Assembly: GCA_016870055.1 (NCBI GenBank)
Contig: VGCQ01000001.1
Coordinates: 6,713 to 70,712 of the forward strand
DNA: 64,000 bases
Source of the DNA: Alphaproteobacteria bacterium
Lineage (GTDB): Bacteria; Pseudomonadota; Alphaproteobacteria; Reyranellales; Reyranellaceae
Direction: 5' to 3'
In this document: in pieces, positions 21,762 to 31,357 of the stretch
Numbering within the stretch: the stretch's first letter is position 1
Layout of the letters: every line of letters begins with the position of its first letter
Notes under the pieces: model-generated
Databases searched by the model: none
Seen by the model: the letters and a program-made list of their open reading frames with translations, nothing else
Told to the model about the DNA's origin: nothing
Program-made: the position numbers and the translations under genes

Positions 21762-23099
21762 GTGAATCCCACGATCCTGCAGCTCGCAGCCGACCTTGCG
21801 GCCGGCCGCACCACCTCGCGCCAGCTCACCGAAGCGGCGTTGGCACGCATCGCGGACGACAAGGGCGAAGGCAAGCGCGCCTTCATCAAGGTCTGGCGCG
21901 ACCAGGCGCTGGCCGCCGCCGACGCCAGCGACCGCCTGCGCAAGGCAGGGCTCGTCGCCTCGCCGCTCGCCGGCGTCCCCGTTTCGATCAAGAACCTGTG
22001 CGACGTGGCCGGCGAGACCACGCTCGCCGGCTCCACGGCGCTCGACGATGCGCCACCCGCCGTCGCCGACGCCCCCGTCGTGGCACGGCTGCGCGCCGCC
22101 GGTGCGGTGATCGTCGGCAGCACCAACATGAGCGAGTTCGCCTTCTCGGGCGTCGGCTACAACCCGCATTACGGCACGCCGGGCAATCCGGCCGACCGCA
22201 AGCGCGTGCCTGGCGGCTCGTCGTCGGGCGCGGCGGTGTCGGTCGCCGACGGCATGGCCGTGGCGGCGCTCGGCACCGACACCGGCGGCTCGGTGCGCAT
22301 CCCCGCCGCGGTGTGCGGCATCGTCGGCTTCAAGCCGACCGCCCGCCGCGTGCCGATCGACGGCGTTGTGCCGCTCTCGACCTCGCTCGATTCGATCGGG
22401 CCGCTCGCCAACTCGGTCGAATGCTGTGCCATCGTCGATGCAGTGTTCGCGGCCGAACCGCTCGCCGTGCCGGCCGCCGCGCCGCTCGGCGGCTTGCGCT
22501 TCGCGGTGCCCATGCACTACGTGATGGACGATCTCGAGCCGGTGGTCGCGACCGCCTTCGAGCGCGCACTCAAGGCGCTGTCCGGCGTCGGCGTCAGGAT
22601 CGAGAAGATCGACCTGCCCGAGTTCAACGAGTTCAACGCGATCGGCGCCCGCGGCACCTTTGCCGCCGCCGAAGCCTATGCCTGGCATCGCGTGCTGATC
22701 GAACGTCGCGGCAAGGACTACGACCCGCTCGTCTACCCGCGCATCCTGCGCGGCAAGGAGATGGGGGCCGCCGACTATGTCGACCTGCTGCACGCCCGTG
22801 CCGATCTGCAGCGGCGGGTGTCGGCGATCACCGCCAACTACGACGCCGTCGTGATGCCGGCCTGCGCCATCGCCGCGCCGACCATCGAAGAGGTCTCGAC
22901 ACCCGACGGCTTCACCAGGAAGAACCTGCTGCTGCTGCGCAACACCTCGGTCGGCAACTTCCTCGACCGCTGCGCCATCAGCCTGCCCTGCCAAGCGCCG
23001 GGCGAGCTGCCGGTCGGCTTCATGCTGATGGGCGAGGCGATGGCCGACCGGCGTCTGCTCGCCATCGCCCGGTCGGTGGCGCCGGTGGTGAAAGGCTGA
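21762..23099 (+). CDS. Amidase-signature family amidase
   Basis: PVSIKNL, PGGSSSGAA and GTDTGGSVRIPA. Confidence 0.9.
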   Translation: MNPTILQLAADLAAGRTTSRQLTEAALARIADDKGEGKRAFIKVWRDQALAAADASDRLRKAGLVASPLAGVPVSIKNLCDVAGETTLAGSTALDDAPPAVADAPVVARLRAAGAVIVGSTNMSEFAFSGVGYNPHYGTPGNPADRKRVPGGSSSGAAVSVADGMAVAALGTDTGGSVRIPAAVCGIVGFKPTARRVPIDGVVPLSTSLDSIGPLANSVECCAIVDAVFAAEPLAVPAAAPLGGLRFAVPMHYVMDDLEPVVATAFERALKALSGVGVRIEKIDLPEFNEFNAIGARGTFAAAEAYAWHRVLIERRGKDYDPLVYPRILRGKEMGAADYVDLLHARADLQRRVSAITANYDAVVMPACAIAAPTIEEVSTPDGFTRKNLLLLRNTSVGNFLDRCAISLPCQAPGELPVGFMLMGEAMADRRLLAIARSVAPVVKG

Positions 23100-23108
23100 C
23101 GTCGCCAT

Positions 23109-23744
23109 CTACTGATACTTCGGATCGTCCGGCCGGCGCATGCGCCAGACATTGTCGACGGTGGTGTATTCGCTGTAGCCCAGCCGCGCCACGGGACGGA
23201 ACGCCAGCGTGTCGATGCGGCCGTCCTTGATGATGCTGTCGTCGATGTGCACGCCCACCACCTGGCCGAACACCACCGAGCCGCGGTGGGCCTCGTGGCC
23301 CTTCTCGACCGGCAGCTCGACGGTGCGCCAATACCTGCACTCGAGCGCGACCGGTGATTCCTTGACCCGCGGCGGCTTCACCAGCGTGCTGGGCTCGGCC
23401 GTCAGGCCGGCCATCTTCAGCTCGTCGACGCCGAATTCGACCATGCTGGTGGTGACATTCATCTGCTCCTTCAGCGCCTCGCTCACCATGTTGACCACGA
23501 ACTCGCCGGTCGCCTCGGCATTCATGCGGCTGTGCTTGGTCGGCGTGCTGCCGTAGGTGCCGGTGATGGCGAAGTAGACGACGGGCGGGAACTCGCTGAC
23601 CGCGTTGTAGAAACTGTAGGGCGCCAGGTTGACGCGGCCCTGGCGGTCGACCGTCGAAATCCAGCCGATCGGCCGCGGCACGATCAGCGACTTCAGCGGA
23701 TCCTGCGCGAGCCCGTGATCGCGCTTGGCGGCATCGTAGAACAT
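23109..23744 (-). CDS. Flavin reductase-like FMN-binding protein
   Basis: PRPIGWIST, NLAPYSFYN, TGEFVVN, ESPVALEC, PVARLGY. Confidence 0.88.
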   Translation of the reverse strand: MFYDAAKRDHGLAQDPLKSLIVPRPIGWISTVDRQGRVNLAPYSFYNAVSEFPPVVYFAITGTYGSTPTKHSRMNAEATGEFVVNMVSEALKEQMNVTTSMVEFGVDELKMAGLTAEPSTLVKPPRVKESPVALECRYWRTVELPVEKGHEAHRGSVVFGQVVGVHIDDSIIKDGRIDTLAFRPVARLGYSEYTTVDNVWRMRRPDDPKYQ

Positions 23745-23753
23745 GGTTTCCTC

Positions 23754-24296
23754 TCAGCCGAACTGCCGGCTCGCCTCGTCGTGCGCGGCGTCGAACGCCG
23801 CTTCCACCGCGGCGTTCAGACCGCGGCAGGACTGCACCACGGCGGCCGCCCATACGACATAATCGCGCAACCGCGCCTCTGTCCATCCGGACGGCGGGCT
23901 TTGCACCAGGCTGCGCAGGTTCGAGGTCTTGTCGGCGAGCTTGAGCAGCTTGGCGCGCCACGACTTTGCCGGCGTCTTGGCGATCTGCAGGCGTTTGCGC
24001 TCCTCCTTGGGCAACGACTTGTCGTCGGTCACCTCGGCGACCAGCGCCGCCACCTCGGCGCCGAAGCGCTGCTCGAGATCCTCGTAAGTGGTGTCGGTGT
24101 CCTCGAGCGTGTCGTGCAGGAGGCCGGCCATCACCAGCACGACGTCGCCGCCGTCGGTCGCCTCGGCGAGCAGCGCCGCGACCTCGGTGAGATGGTTGAT
24201 GTAGGGCTCGCCGCGCGGACCTTTGCGGCGCTGTGCGATGTGCTGGCGGGCGGCGTAGTCGGCAGCGCGCGCCAACCGGACCAAGTCGGTGCTCAT
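23754..24296 (-). CDS. Stand-alone HD-domain protein, MESH1/small alarmone hydrolase-like
   Basis: PYINHL.EVA, LLHDTLEDT, EVTDDK and KLADKTSN. Confidence 0.8.
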   Translation of the reverse strand: MSTDLVRLARAADYAARQHIAQRRKGPRGEPYINHLTEVAALLAEATDGGDVVLVMAGLLHDTLEDTDTTYEDLEQRFGAEVAALVAEVTDDKSLPKEERKRLQIAKTPAKSWRAKLLKLADKTSNLRSLVQSPPSGWTEARLRDYVVWAAAVVQSCRGLNAAVEAAFDAAHDEASRQFG

Positions 24297-24374
24297 CGGC
24301 GTCCCCTCTCACATCCTCTTGTGCGACCAGCCGTCCGCCTTGTCGAGCCGCGCCGAGCGGCCCATGTTCGGGCG

Positions 24375-24953
24375 ATGTCACGCACCATGAAGGCGCTGCT
24401 CGGCGTCTGGATCGCCGCCCTGGTCGCGGCCGCCGGCTGGATCGGCTGGGACGCGTTCCACGGCGGCGGGCCAAGGATCGGCGGCCCCTTCACCCTGGCC
24501 GATCAGGATGGCCGCACCGTCACCAGCGACAGCCTCAAGGGCAAGCCGACGTTGATCTATTTCGGCTTCACCTTCTGTCCCGACGCCTGCCCGACCTCGC
24601 TGCTGCTGATGCAGACCGCGATCGACAAGCTTGGCCCCGACGCCGCCAAGAAGGTCAACCTCGTCTTCATCACCGTCGATCCCGAGCGCGACACCGAGAA
24701 GCTGCTCAAAGGCTACGTCACCAACTTCGGGCCGACCTTCATCGGTCTCACCGGCACGCCCCAGCAGATCGCCGACGCCGCGCGCGCCTATCGCGTCTAC
24801 TACCAGAAGGTCCCCGGCAAGGATGGCAGCCCCTACTTGATGGACCATTCCTCGATCATCTACCTGCTCGATCGCAACGGCCGGGTGGTCGGCCATTTCA
24901 GCCACGACGCAAAGGCCGAGGCGATCGCGGCAGCGCTGCGCAAGCTGCTGTAA
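24375..24953 (+). CDS. SCO1/SenC copper chaperone
   Basis: N-terminal TM, FGFTFCPDACP (CxxxC) and MDHS His ligand. Confidence 0.92.
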   Translation: MSRTMKALLGVWIAALVAAAGWIGWDAFHGGGPRIGGPFTLADQDGRTVTSDSLKGKPTLIYFGFTFCPDACPTSLLLMQTAIDKLGPDAAKKVNLVFITVDPERDTEKLLKGYVTNFGPTFIGLTGTPQQIADAARAYRVYYQKVPGKDGSPYLMDHSSIIYLLDRNGRVVGHFSHDAKAEAIAAALRKLL

Positions 24954-24987
24954 AATTGCCCACAACCCTTTGAATTCGCATGATTTG

Positions 24988-25026
24988 TGCGCCGCAATAA
25001 TCGAGTGACAACAATGTTGCGCTGCG
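24988..25026 (+). promoter_or_regulatory. Candidate PhaR-type TGC-N3-GCA boxes upstream of phaZ
   Basis: TGCGCCGCA (24988-24996) and TGCGCTGCG (25018-25026) in the AT-richer spacer before phaZ. Confidence 0.4.
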
Positions 25027-25041
25027 TAAAATCGGCGGCAG

Positions 25042-26277
25042 ATGCTCTACACCGCGTATGAGTTCCAGCGTCAGCTCGCCAAGCCCGTCCGCTTCTGGGC
25101 CAACGCGCTAGAACAGCTCTACTCGACCCCCTACAACCCGCTGTCCGAGACCTGGATCGGCAAGTCGGTGGCCGCCGGCGCCGAGATCATGGCGCGGTTG
25201 ACGCAGAACTACGCCAAGCCCGCGTTCGGCCTCGAGACGACGCCGATCGGCAATGAACTGGTCGCCGTCAACGAAGAGATCCTGCTGCGCAAGCCGTTTT
25301 GCCAGCTGCTGCGCTTCCGCCGTGATACCACGCAGCCGGCCAATGGGCGGCGCGATCCCAAGGTGCTGGTGGTCGCGCCGATGAGCGGCCATTTCGCCAC
25401 CCTGCTGCGCGGCACGGTCGAGGCGCTGTTGCCCGAGCACGACGTCCACATCACCGACTGGATCGACGCGCGCGACGTGCCGCTGGCGCAAGGCAACTTC
25501 GATCTCGACGACTATGTCGACTACATCATCGAGTTCTGCCGCTACCTCGGGCCCGACCTGCATGTGATCGCGGTCTGCCAGCCGTCGGTACCGGTGATGG
25601 CCGCCGCCTCGCTGATGGCCGCCGACAACGACCCGCGCCAGCCCAAGTCGATCACCCTGATGGGCGGGCCGATCGACACCCGGGTGAGCCCGACCACGCC
25701 CAACGACCTGGCGATGCGCAACTCGATGATGTGGTTCCGCCAGAACGTCATCTCGACCGTGCCGTTCAACTATCCGGGAGCGATGCGCCGCGTCTATCCG
25801 GGCTTCCTGCAGCTCACCTCGTTCATCACCATGAACCTCGACCGGCACATCAACGCCCATATGCGCCAGTTCGAGCATCTGATCAAAGGCGACGACGATT
25901 CGGCCGATTCCCACCGTAGCTTCTACGACGAGTATCTCGCGGTGATGGACCTCACCGCCGAATTCTATCTGCAGACCATCCAGGTGGTGTTCAAGGAACA
26001 TCAACTGCCGCGCGGCGTCTGGGTGAGCCGCGGCCGCCGGATCGATCCCGCCGCCATCGAAACGGCGCTGATGACGGTCGAAGGCGAGCTCGACGACATC
26101 TCGGGCGTCGGCCAGACCAAGGCTGCACACGCGCTCACGCCCAACATCCCCGGCGCCCGCCACGCACACTGGGAGCAGCCTCGCGTCGGCCACTACGGCA
26201 TCTTCAACGGCCGCAAGTGGCGCGAGCAGATCATGCCGCGCGTGCGCGATTTCATTCGCGCCAACGACGCGCGTTGA
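25042..26277 (+). CDS. phaZ: Intracellular polyhydroxyalkanoate depolymerase
   Basis: APMSGHFATLLR, AVCQP (Cys nucleophile), RRVYPGFLQ, VEGELDDIS and VGHYGIF. Confidence 0.93.
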   Translation: MLYTAYEFQRQLAKPVRFWANALEQLYSTPYNPLSETWIGKSVAAGAEIMARLTQNYAKPAFGLETTPIGNELVAVNEEILLRKPFCQLLRFRRDTTQPANGRRDPKVLVVAPMSGHFATLLRGTVEALLPEHDVHITDWIDARDVPLAQGNFDLDDYVDYIIEFCRYLGPDLHVIAVCQPSVPVMAAASLMAADNDPRQPKSITLMGGPIDTRVSPTTPNDLAMRNSMMWFRQNVISTVPFNYPGAMRRVYPGFLQLTSFITMNLDRHINAHMRQFEHLIKGDDDSADSHRSFYDEYLAVMDLTAEFYLQTIQVVFKEHQLPRGVWVSRGRRIDPAAIETALMTVEGELDDISGVGQTKAAHALTPNIPGARHAHWEQPRVGHYGIFNGRKWREQIMPRVRDFIRANDAR

Positions 26278-26304
26278 CGAGCCCGAAGGCGATCGTCCGA
26301 CGCG

Positions 26305-27294
26305 TCAGGATTGAGCCAGGCCGGCCTTGATCAGCATCGGCTTCACCTCGACGTAGTACTTCTCGGCGAACGCGCGATACTCGGTCGGGTTCTTGCGCCA
26401 CGGCTCCTGGATGAACTTGTCGAGCAGCGGCTGATGGCCGGGACCGGCCATCGCCTCGGTCACGGCCTCGTGGAACGCCCAGATGATCGGCTCGGGCAGA
26501 TCCTTGGGCCCGACCAGGCCGTAAGGGCTGACTGCGACGGCGTTGATGCCGCTTTCGATCAGGGTCGGCTTGTCGGGGTATTTGCCGAAGCGCTTCTCCG
26601 TCGCCATCGCCAGGAGATGCGCCTGGCCGTTCTCGACGAACGGCGCCCATTGCGCGCCATCGGGCACGAAGTCGATATGCCCGCCCAACAGCGCCGGCAT
26701 CCACTCCGCGCCGCCCTTGTAGGGGATGTGCGTGAAGCGCGCGCCGGTCGCCTGCTCGGTCTCGATCATCAGCAGATGGCCGGTGCCGCCGATGCCCGAG
26801 GTGCCGTAGTTCAGCTTGTCGGGCTGACGTTTGCCGGCCTCGATCAGATCCTGCATCGTCTTGTAGGGCGAGCCCGCCTTGACCACGACGCCGAAGGTGA
26901 ACTCCGACAGGCCGGTGATGTAGGAGAAGTCGCGCAACGGATGCCAATTGGCCTTCTGGTAGTGCGGATAGCGCAGACTGTTGATGGTCATGCAAGCGAT
27001 GATGTAGCCGTCGGGTTTGGTGTTCACCATCTGCGCCGCGGCAAGCGTGGCGCCGGCGCCCGCCTTGATGTCGACCAGCACTTGCTGGCCCCACTTGCGT
27101 GTCAGCCGCTCGCCGATGAAACGCAGATGCACGTCGGCCACGCCGCCCGCCGCCAGCGGATTGTAGATCGTGATCGGCTTGTCCGGTTTCCATGCGCTTT
27201 GCGCGTGGGCGACGCCCAGCCGGGCGACCGCGGGCGCCGCCACGGCGCCGGCGAAAACGCCGGCCAGCAGCCGGCGGCGATTGGTAAAGCTCAT
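26305..27294 (-). CDS. Bug/TctC substrate-binding protein with Tat-like signal
   Basis: MSFTNRRRLL, PLAAGGVAD, KPDGY, YGTSGIGGTGH and HIPYKGG. Confidence 0.9.
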   Translation of the reverse strand: MSFTNRRRLLAGVFAGAVAAPAVARLGVAHAQSAWKPDKPITIYNPLAAGGVADVHLRFIGERLTRKWGQQVLVDIKAGAGATLAAAQMVNTKPDGYIIACMTINSLRYPHYQKANWHPLRDFSYITGLSEFTFGVVVKAGSPYKTMQDLIEAGKRQPDKLNYGTSGIGGTGHLLMIETEQATGARFTHIPYKGGAEWMPALLGGHIDFVPDGAQWAPFVENGQAHLLAMATEKRFGKYPDKPTLIESGINAVAVSPYGLVGPKDLPEPIIWAFHEAVTEAMAGPGHQPLLDKFIQEPWRKNPTEYRAFAEKYYVEVKPMLIKAGLAQS

Positions 27295-27378
27295 CAACTC
27301 CTCCAGTCCAGTGCCGTTCTGCGACGGCTCCTCTGCAACGTACCCAGACACGCCGAACATGGCTATCATTTGGCAGCA

Positions 27379-28233
27379 ATGCCAGTCCCCGTCGAAATTT
27401 CGGCCTGGAAGCCCGCCCCGTTCGATCTGCGCGGCGAGACCGTGTTCGCGATCGGCGACGTGCATGGCTGCGCGTCCGAGCTCGCCGCCCTGCGCGAGGC
27501 GATCGCCGGCCTGGCGCACGAGGCGGGCGGCCGGCGGCGGCTGATTTATCTCGGCGACATGATCAACCGCGGTCCCGACGCCGTCGGCGTGTTCCAGCAA
27601 TGGGCCAAGGACGAGGAGGCGCACGGCGTCGATCATGTCGACCGTCTGATGGGCAACCACGAGATCATGATGCTGCTGGCCGTGGTCGGCGGGCCGCACG
27701 CCCACAAGGCCGAAGCGATGTGGCTGAGCAAGCGCATGGGCGGCCAGATCTTCCTCGACCAGATGCGCGGCCGTGCCGGCAGCGCCGCGGCGTCGGTCGA
27801 CCACGCCTTGCTCAAGTCGGCGCTGGGCGACGCGGTCGTGCATCGCCTGTGGGGCATGCGCTCCCACGTGCGGCTCGGCAATGCGCTGTTCGTCCATGGC
27901 GGTCTCGATCCGCACGCCGATCCCGACGAGTTCCTGACCCGGCCGTGGGCGACCTTCACCGAGGCGCGCTGGGCCTGGATCAATCACGGCTTCCTCGATT
28001 GGCGGAAGGGTTTTGGCGGCACCCTGGTGGTGCATGGCCATACGCCACCCGACAAGCATCGGGCGATCAGCGGCATGGACGACCCGCACCTGTTCGAGGG
28101 CGATCGGCTGGGGCTCGACGGCGGCAGCGCCCGTACCGGCATCGTCACCGGCGCCGAGATCCAGACGGGCCGCTATCGCATCCTCAAGGCGGGCGCACCG
28201 TTCGCCAACCCGATCTCCTCGACCGAGGAATAG
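27379..28233 (+). CDS. Metallophosphoesterase (PrpA/ApaH-like)
   Basis: IGDVHG, LGDMINRG, LMGNHE, VHGG and HGHTP. Confidence 0.85.
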   Translation: MPVPVEISAWKPAPFDLRGETVFAIGDVHGCASELAALREAIAGLAHEAGGRRRLIYLGDMINRGPDAVGVFQQWAKDEEAHGVDHVDRLMGNHEIMMLLAVVGGPHAHKAEAMWLSKRMGGQIFLDQMRGRAGSAAASVDHALLKSALGDAVVHRLWGMRSHVRLGNALFVHGGLDPHADPDEFLTRPWATFTEARWAWINHGFLDWRKGFGGTLVVHGHTPPDKHRAISGMDDPHLFEGDRLGLDGGSARTGIVTGAEIQTGRYRILKAGAPFANPISSTEE

Positions 28234-28241
28234 ACGGCCAA

Positions 28242-30074
28242 CTATCCCTGGCGGGCGTGCTGCTGCACGACCTCGAGGAAGGGCACGCCGTAGCGTTCGA
28301 GCTTGGCGTCGCCGACGCCATGGATCTCGCGCATGGCGCCGAGGCTCTGCGGTCGGTGGGTGGCGAGCTCGACCAGCGTGCGATCGGAGAACACCACGTA
28401 GGCCGGCACGCGTTGCCCCTGAGCGAGCTTGGTGCGCAGCGCCCGCAGCGCGTCGAACAGCCCCGCATCGGCCTCGCCGACCACCGTCGCCACCGCGGCG
28501 CGGCGCTCGCCGCGCTTGGCCCGACCGGCGGCACCGGCGGCGAGGTCCTTGCGTAGCTCGATCTTGGCCTTGCCTTCAGGAACCTGCCAGCCGGCATCGG
28601 TGACCGACCAGCGGCCATGCTCGACCAGATCCTGGGTGATCAAGCCGGTGGCCGAAAGCTGACGGAAGATCGAGCGCCAGTCGCCCGCGGCGCGGTCGAC
28701 GCCGACGCCGAAGGTCGGCAGGCGGTCGTGGTTGAACTTCAGGATGTTCTCGGTGCGCTCGCCGCGCAGCAGGGCGACCAGGTGCTCCATGCCGAAGCGC
28801 TCGCCAGTGCGCACGATGGCCGACATCGCCTTCTGCGCCTCGACCGTGCCGTCGAACAGCTCGACACCCTCCTGGCAGAGATCGCAGTTGCCGCACGGCT
28901 CCGACGCCTCGCCGAAATAGGCGAGCAGGGTCTGGCGCCGGCAGCGCGGCGCCTCGGCCAGCGCCAGCAGCGCGCCGAGCCGCTGTCGCTCGATGCGCTT
29001 GCGGTCGTCGGACTGCTCGCCTTGCTCGATCTGCAGGCGGCGCAGCTGCATGTCGGCAAGGCCGTAGAGGGTGAGCGTGTCGGCCGGCAGCCCGTCGCGT
29101 CCGGCACGGCCGATCTCCTGGTAATATGCCTCGACGTTGGCCGGCAGGTCGGCATGGCAGACGAAACGCACGTCGGGCTTGTCGATGCCCATGCCGAACG
29201 CCACGGTCGCCGTCATGACGATGCCATCCTGTTGCTGGAAGGCGTCCTGGTGGGCATCGCGCACCGCCTTGTCGAGGCCGGCATGATAAGGCAGCGCCGC
29301 GACCCCAGCGGCCTTCAGGGTCTCGGCCAGCTCTTCGGTTTTCCGCCGTGAGGCGCAGTAGACGATGCCGCTTTGGCCCGACCGCTCGCGCACGAACGAC
29401 AGGAGTTGGCGCGATGAGCGCTCCTTGGGCTTGAACGCGAGCCGGAGATTGGGCCGGTCGAAGCTGCGCACGAACACGCGCGGCGGCTTGGCGAACAGCT
29501 TGTCGACGATGTCGCTGCGCGTCGGCGCATCGGCCGTCGCGGTCAAGGCAAGCGTCTGCAGGCGGCCACCGATCTGGCGCGCGAGGCTGCCCAAGGTGAG
29601 ATATTCGGGTCGGAAGTCGTGGCCCCATTGCGAGACACAATGGGCCTCGTCGATCGCCATCATCGCCACGTCGCTGTCGGCCAGCATCTCGACCGTGTCG
29701 GGCCGCGCCAGCCGCTCGGGTGCGACGTAGAGCAGCCGGAGCTGGCGCTCGCGCAGGAGCCTCAGCACCCGGGCATTCTCGGCCGGCTCGTTGCTCGAAT
29801 TGAGGCTGCCCGCCGCCACGCCTGCCGCCGCGAGCGCGCGCACCTGGTCGCGCATCAAGGCGATCAACGGCGAGACCACGACCGTCAACCCGGGCCGCGC
29901 AACGGCCGGAAGCTGATAGCACAACGACTTGCCGCTGCCGGTCGGCATGACGGCGAGCACATCCTCGCCGGCCAGCACAGCGCGCACGATCTCCTCCTGG
30001 CCGGGGCGGAAGGCGCTGAAGCCGAACACCGAATGCAGCAGCGCCGATGCGTGGGAGAGTGCGTCTGGCATCAT
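28242..30074 (-). CDS. recQ: ATP-dependent DNA helicase RecQ
   Basis: PTGSGKS, DEAHCVSQWGHDFRP, QEIGRAGRDG, Zn-binding Cys cluster, RQC and HRDC domains. Start placed at MMPDA. Confidence 0.96.
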   Translation of the reverse strand: MMPDALSHASALLHSVFGFSAFRPGQEEIVRAVLAGEDVLAVMPTGSGKSLCYQLPAVARPGLTVVVSPLIALMRDQVRALAAAGVAAGSLNSSNEPAENARVLRLLRERQLRLLYVAPERLARPDTVEMLADSDVAMMAIDEAHCVSQWGHDFRPEYLTLGSLARQIGGRLQTLALTATADAPTRSDIVDKLFAKPPRVFVRSFDRPNLRLAFKPKERSSRQLLSFVRERSGQSGIVYCASRRKTEELAETLKAAGVAALPYHAGLDKAVRDAHQDAFQQQDGIVMTATVAFGMGIDKPDVRFVCHADLPANVEAYYQEIGRAGRDGLPADTLTLYGLADMQLRRLQIEQGEQSDDRKRIERQRLGALLALAEAPRCRRQTLLAYFGEASEPCGNCDLCQEGVELFDGTVEAQKAMSAIVRTGERFGMEHLVALLRGERTENILKFNHDRLPTFGVGVDRAAGDWRSIFRQLSATGLITQDLVEHGRWSVTDAGWQVPEGKAKIELRKDLAAGAAGRAKRGERRAAVATVVGEADAGLFDALRALRTKLAQGQRVPAYVVFSDRTLVELATHRPQSLGAMREIHGVGDAKLERYGVPFLEVVQQHARQG

Positions 30075-30194
30075 TTTCTGGTCGATGGCGCGCACTCTAC
30101 AGAAGCGGGCTGTGCATTTCCGCTCGATTTCGCGCATCGCTTTTTGTCGACGAGACCGGGGATGCCCGCATCGCGAGCGTCGTACGATAGTCCA

Positions 30195-30566
30195 ATGATC
30201 CGGCGTGCCGCCCTGCTCCTGGCTGTGCTTCTCTCACCGGCCGCCGCCCTGGCGCAGACCGCCACGGGATCGGGCAGCCTGCCGCCGGGCCTTGGCTCGA
30301 TGAGCGGATCGACGTCGAACATGAACATCGAGGACGGGCGCATCGGCGGCGCCGGGTCGGCTGCCAACCCGCGCTTCCGGGAATTGCGCGTCGATGGGCC
30401 GGCCGGCCCGCTGAACTCCTACGTGCGCATCGGTCCGTCGATTGGCGACCGCAGCCAAGGCCAAGGTCAGAGTTCGACCGGCTCGGCCAGGACGACGGGC
30501 ACAGCCGGCGGCGGCGAGCGGCGCGCGCCGGAGCTGTTCAAGCTCGGCGGCAACATCAAGTTCTAG
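30195..30566 (+). CDS. Small secreted Gly/Ser-rich hypothetical protein
   Basis: Signal peptide MIRRAALLLAVLLSPAAALA, GC3-rich codons, ends in KLGGNIKF. Confidence 0.65.
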   Translation: MIRRAALLLAVLLSPAAALAQTATGSGSLPPGLGSMSGSTSNMNIEDGRIGGAGSAANPRFRELRVDGPAGPLNSYVRIGPSIGDRSQGQGQSSTGSARTTGTAGGGERRAPELFKLGGNIKF

Positions 30567-30572
30567 GATCGA

Positions 30573-31346
30573 TCAGTTCCGCGCCGCCTGGCCACCGTCC
30601 AGCGTCACGACCACGCCGCTGATGTAGCTGGCGCGGTCGGACGCCAGGAACACCGCGAGATCCGCCACCTCGTCGGGTTCGGCGGGCCGGCCGAACGGCA
30701 TGTGCTTGGTGAGTTCGGGCCAGCGATCAGGGTCGCCCAACTGCTGCTGGGCCTGGCCGCGCAGCAGGGTGAGCATGCGGTCGGTGCGAGTGGCCGGCGG
30801 ATTGATCGCCACCACGCGCACACCGCGATCGACGCTCTTGGAGCCGACAGCGCGGGTGAAGGCCATCAGGCCGGCATTGGCCATGGTCCCGGCGACGTAG
30901 TCGTAATTGTAGGCCTCGCCCGCGAGGCCGATGATGTTCACCACCGCCCCCTTCTTGCGCGCATACATCTTGTCCAGCATGGCGCGGGTGGCGTTGATAT
31001 AGCCGAACACCTTCAGCTCCCAAGACTCGCGCCACTTGGGCTCGGTCATCGCCAAAATGTCGCCGCGCGGGATGGCGCCGGCGTTGTTGACCAGGATGTC
31101 GGCATGACCCACCGCCTCGATCACCGCACGCACCGTGTCGCCCGTCGAGAAATCGGCGGCATGGATCTCGACCGGCACGTTGTGGCGGTCGCGGATCTTG
31201 TCGCGCGCCGCCTCGAGCGACTCCTTGGAACGCGAGGCGATATGGACAGCGCAGCCCTCGGCCGCGAAGGCCATGGCGCAGGCAAAGCCGATGCCGCGGC
31301 TGCCGCCGGTGATCAGCACGGTCTTGCCGGCAAGTTTCAGATCCAT
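30573..31346 (-). CDS. Short-chain dehydrogenase/reductase with atypical active site
   Basis: TGGSRGIG, LVNNAG; YVAGTMAN replaces the usual YxxxK. Confidence 0.88.
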   Translation of the reverse strand: MDLKLAGKTVLITGGSRGIGFACAMAFAAEGCAVHIASRSKESLEAARDKIRDRHNVPVEIHAADFSTGDTVRAVIEAVGHADILVNNAGAIPRGDILAMTEPKWRESWELKVFGYINATRAMLDKMYARKKGAVVNIIGLAGEAYNYDYVAGTMANAGLMAFTRAVGSKSVDRGVRVVAINPPATRTDRMLTLLRGQAQQQLGDPDRWPELTKHMPFGRPAEPDEVADLAVFLASDRASYISGVVVTLDGGQAARN

Positions 31347-31357
31347 TTCGCGATCTT

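Noticed and set aside
28565-28590. RecQ reads WQVPEGK where VLKG-like sequence might be expected; could be a +1/-1 compensating indel pair
   Set aside because: The frame is preserved and it could be ordinary divergence. It is noted only because, with the C5 frameshift and the lone TAA, it raises the possibility of sequencing errors in this contig.
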